From: an uncultured virus (IMG/VR IMGVR_UViG_3300013372_001213)
Lineage: Duplodnaviria; Heunggongvirae; Uroviricota; Caudoviricetes
Reading direction: 5' to 3' (one strand)
Length of the DNA: 56,307 nt
Virus record (IMG/VR): IMGVR_UViG_3300013372_001213
The notes below the pieces were generated by a model. The model had not been told where the DNA came from. It searched no databases and worked only from the letters and a program-made list of their open reading frames with translations. A program made the position numbers and the translations under genes. Each line of letters starts with the position of its first letter. Positions within the stretch are counted from its first letter, which is position 1. This document shows, piece after piece, positions 54,974 to 56,307 of this stretch.

Positions 54974-56307
54974 ATGGCAAGAGTTAGAATAAGTAAAACA
55001 CCTAAAGCTCTATCAGGGCTTGAGATGAAAATGAGACCAGGATTATATGGTACTAATGGTAATAGACAGTTTACATTACCTAATCAAGTTAATAGTCAAA
55101 GATTCTCACAGCAACCTGTAGATGTAAGAGATACTCTACAACCGGTAGCTAGAGAAGGAGCTAACCTAGAAGCTGAAAAAGGAGAGACTGCTTTAGTAAA
55201 CATTGATGGTGTTCCTGCTCACTTTAAGATTGGTGGTAAAAGACATAGTAAAGGTGGTACTCCATTAAACCTTCCTGATAACTCTTTTATCTTTAGTGAT
55301 ACAGCTAAGATGAAGATTAAAGATCCTATTTTAATAGCACAGTTTGGAATGGTACCTAAAAAGGCAGGATACACTCCTGCTGAAATAGCTAAGAGATATG
55401 ATATAAATACTTTTAGAAAAATACTAGCAGATCCTAACTCTGAAGATGTAGAAAGAAAAACTGCAGAGATGATGATCTCTAACTATAATATGAAACTTGC
55501 TAAACTTGCTTTAGTACAAGAATCTACAAAAGGGTTTCCTCAAGGTATTCCTGCAGTAGCTATGCCTTATATTATGGCTAATGAAATAAATCCTGAAGAA
55601 CTTTTTGAAACACAAGGTCAAGAAGAACAACCTGATGCTGACATGGGTGTATCAAGATATGGTGGAATACCTAGAGCTCAAAAAGGATTAACACATAAAG
55701 ATAGTGTAAAACATCAAGCTAACAAAATATTAAAATATGAACAACTAAGAGGAGGACCTGGTGGAGCACCTCTTCCTTATTATTCTGACCCTAAATATAA
55801 TACAATGCTTATGGATAAAATACTTCCAGAAGTAAATAAAATAATGCCTAATGCTTCAGCTATGGAAAAAGGAGAAGCAATGGATCTTATTTTTAATTCA
55901 GGATGGGATAATAAAACTAGTAAAATAACTAAAGATCCTAGAGCGTTTGCTTTACAAGAATACTATAGAGAGAATGATGGATCTAAATTAGATGCTGATG
56001 GTAAGTGGCCAGGTAGAAAAAATGCACCATATTCATTTGATCAAGAGTATAATAATACAATAGGTAAACTTCCAGAAAATCAAAGAAGAATTTTAATGAA
56101 TAAAGGAAGAGATTGGTATTATCAAAATACAGCTCCTAAAGAATCTACTTGGGATTTAAAAACTCAAGGTGCTCATCCTGACTATAAAGACACATGGTAT
56201 GGTAGAATCTGGAATACAAATGACTTTAATGAATTTGATCCTAATAATCCAAACTTTACTCCTAAAAGATATGGTGGAAACATGGTATCTCAGTTCCCTA
56301 CTAAACA
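54974..56307 (+). CDS. Cargo protein, 3' truncated by window
   Basis: Open frame from ATG 54974 to the window end (absent from track); EAEKGE...GGKRHSKGG...FIFSD motif, then a GG-bracketed muramidase-like module. Confidence 0.85.
   Translation, partial: MARVRISKTPKALSGLEMKMRPGLYGTNGNRQFTLPNQVNSQRFSQQPVDVRDTLQPVAREGANLEAEKGETALVNIDGVPAHFKIGGKRHSKGGTPLNLPDNSFIFSDTAKMKIKDPILIAQFGMVPKKAGYTPAEIAKRYDINTFRKILADPNSEDVERKTAEMMISNYNMKLAKLALVQESTKGFPQGIPAVAMPYIMANEINPEELFETQGQEEQPDADMGVSRYGGIPRAQKGLTHKDSVKHQANKILKYEQLRGGPGGAPLPYYSDPKYNTMLMDKILPEVNKIMPNASAMEKGEAMDLIFNSGWDNKTSKITKDPRAFALQEYYRENDGSKLDADGKWPGRKNAPYSFDQEYNNTIGKLPENQRRILMNKGRDWYYQNTAPKESTWDLKTQGAHPDYKDTWYGRIWNTNDFNEFDPNNPNFTPKRYGGNMVSQFPTK

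Noticed and set aside
5010..56307. Stop-codon reassignment as in some crAss-like phages
   Set aside because: Long genes are intact in code 11, and TAG (5699, 21817, 30977) and TGA (12681, 15718, 28241) end genes at sensible boundaries.
1..56307. tRNA or rRNA genes
   Set aside because: No canonical cloverleaf with a GTTCRA T-loop was found by eye; a tRNA scan would be needed to exclude them.

Overview
AT-rich phage DNA in the standard genetic code, with the gene order of a crAss-like (Crassvirales-type) podovirus, probably infecting Bacteroidota (TTTG-N19/20-TATATT promoters, A/C-rich leaders without Shine-Dalgarno sequences). Positions 1-4605 are a leftward accessory (likely early) region. 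It holds seven single-gene cassettes, each with its own copy of a shared CTGATTTC promoter-like motif and its own terminator, then an AT-rich repeat region and several structured RNAs, including a type I hammerhead ribozyme and two covarying copies of a three-way-junction element. From 5010 everything runs rightward: amidase, fibre/decoration genes, holin/spanin, HU-like and PD-(D/E)xK genes, TerL, portal, scaffold-like protein, major capsid protein, about 14 tiny mostly Lys-rich ORFs, ring/auxiliary proteins, a Dps-like ferritin, Cys-rich virion proteins, the muzzle protein and three large cargo proteins, the last cut by the window edge. The best candidate for a new system is a double-glycine (xxGG...AQxG) motif. 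It brackets the tiny basic proteins and also divides the cargo proteins into swappable enzyme-like modules (zincin, muramidase-like, possibly ART-like). All product calls come from motif recognition and gene order by eye; no database search was run.
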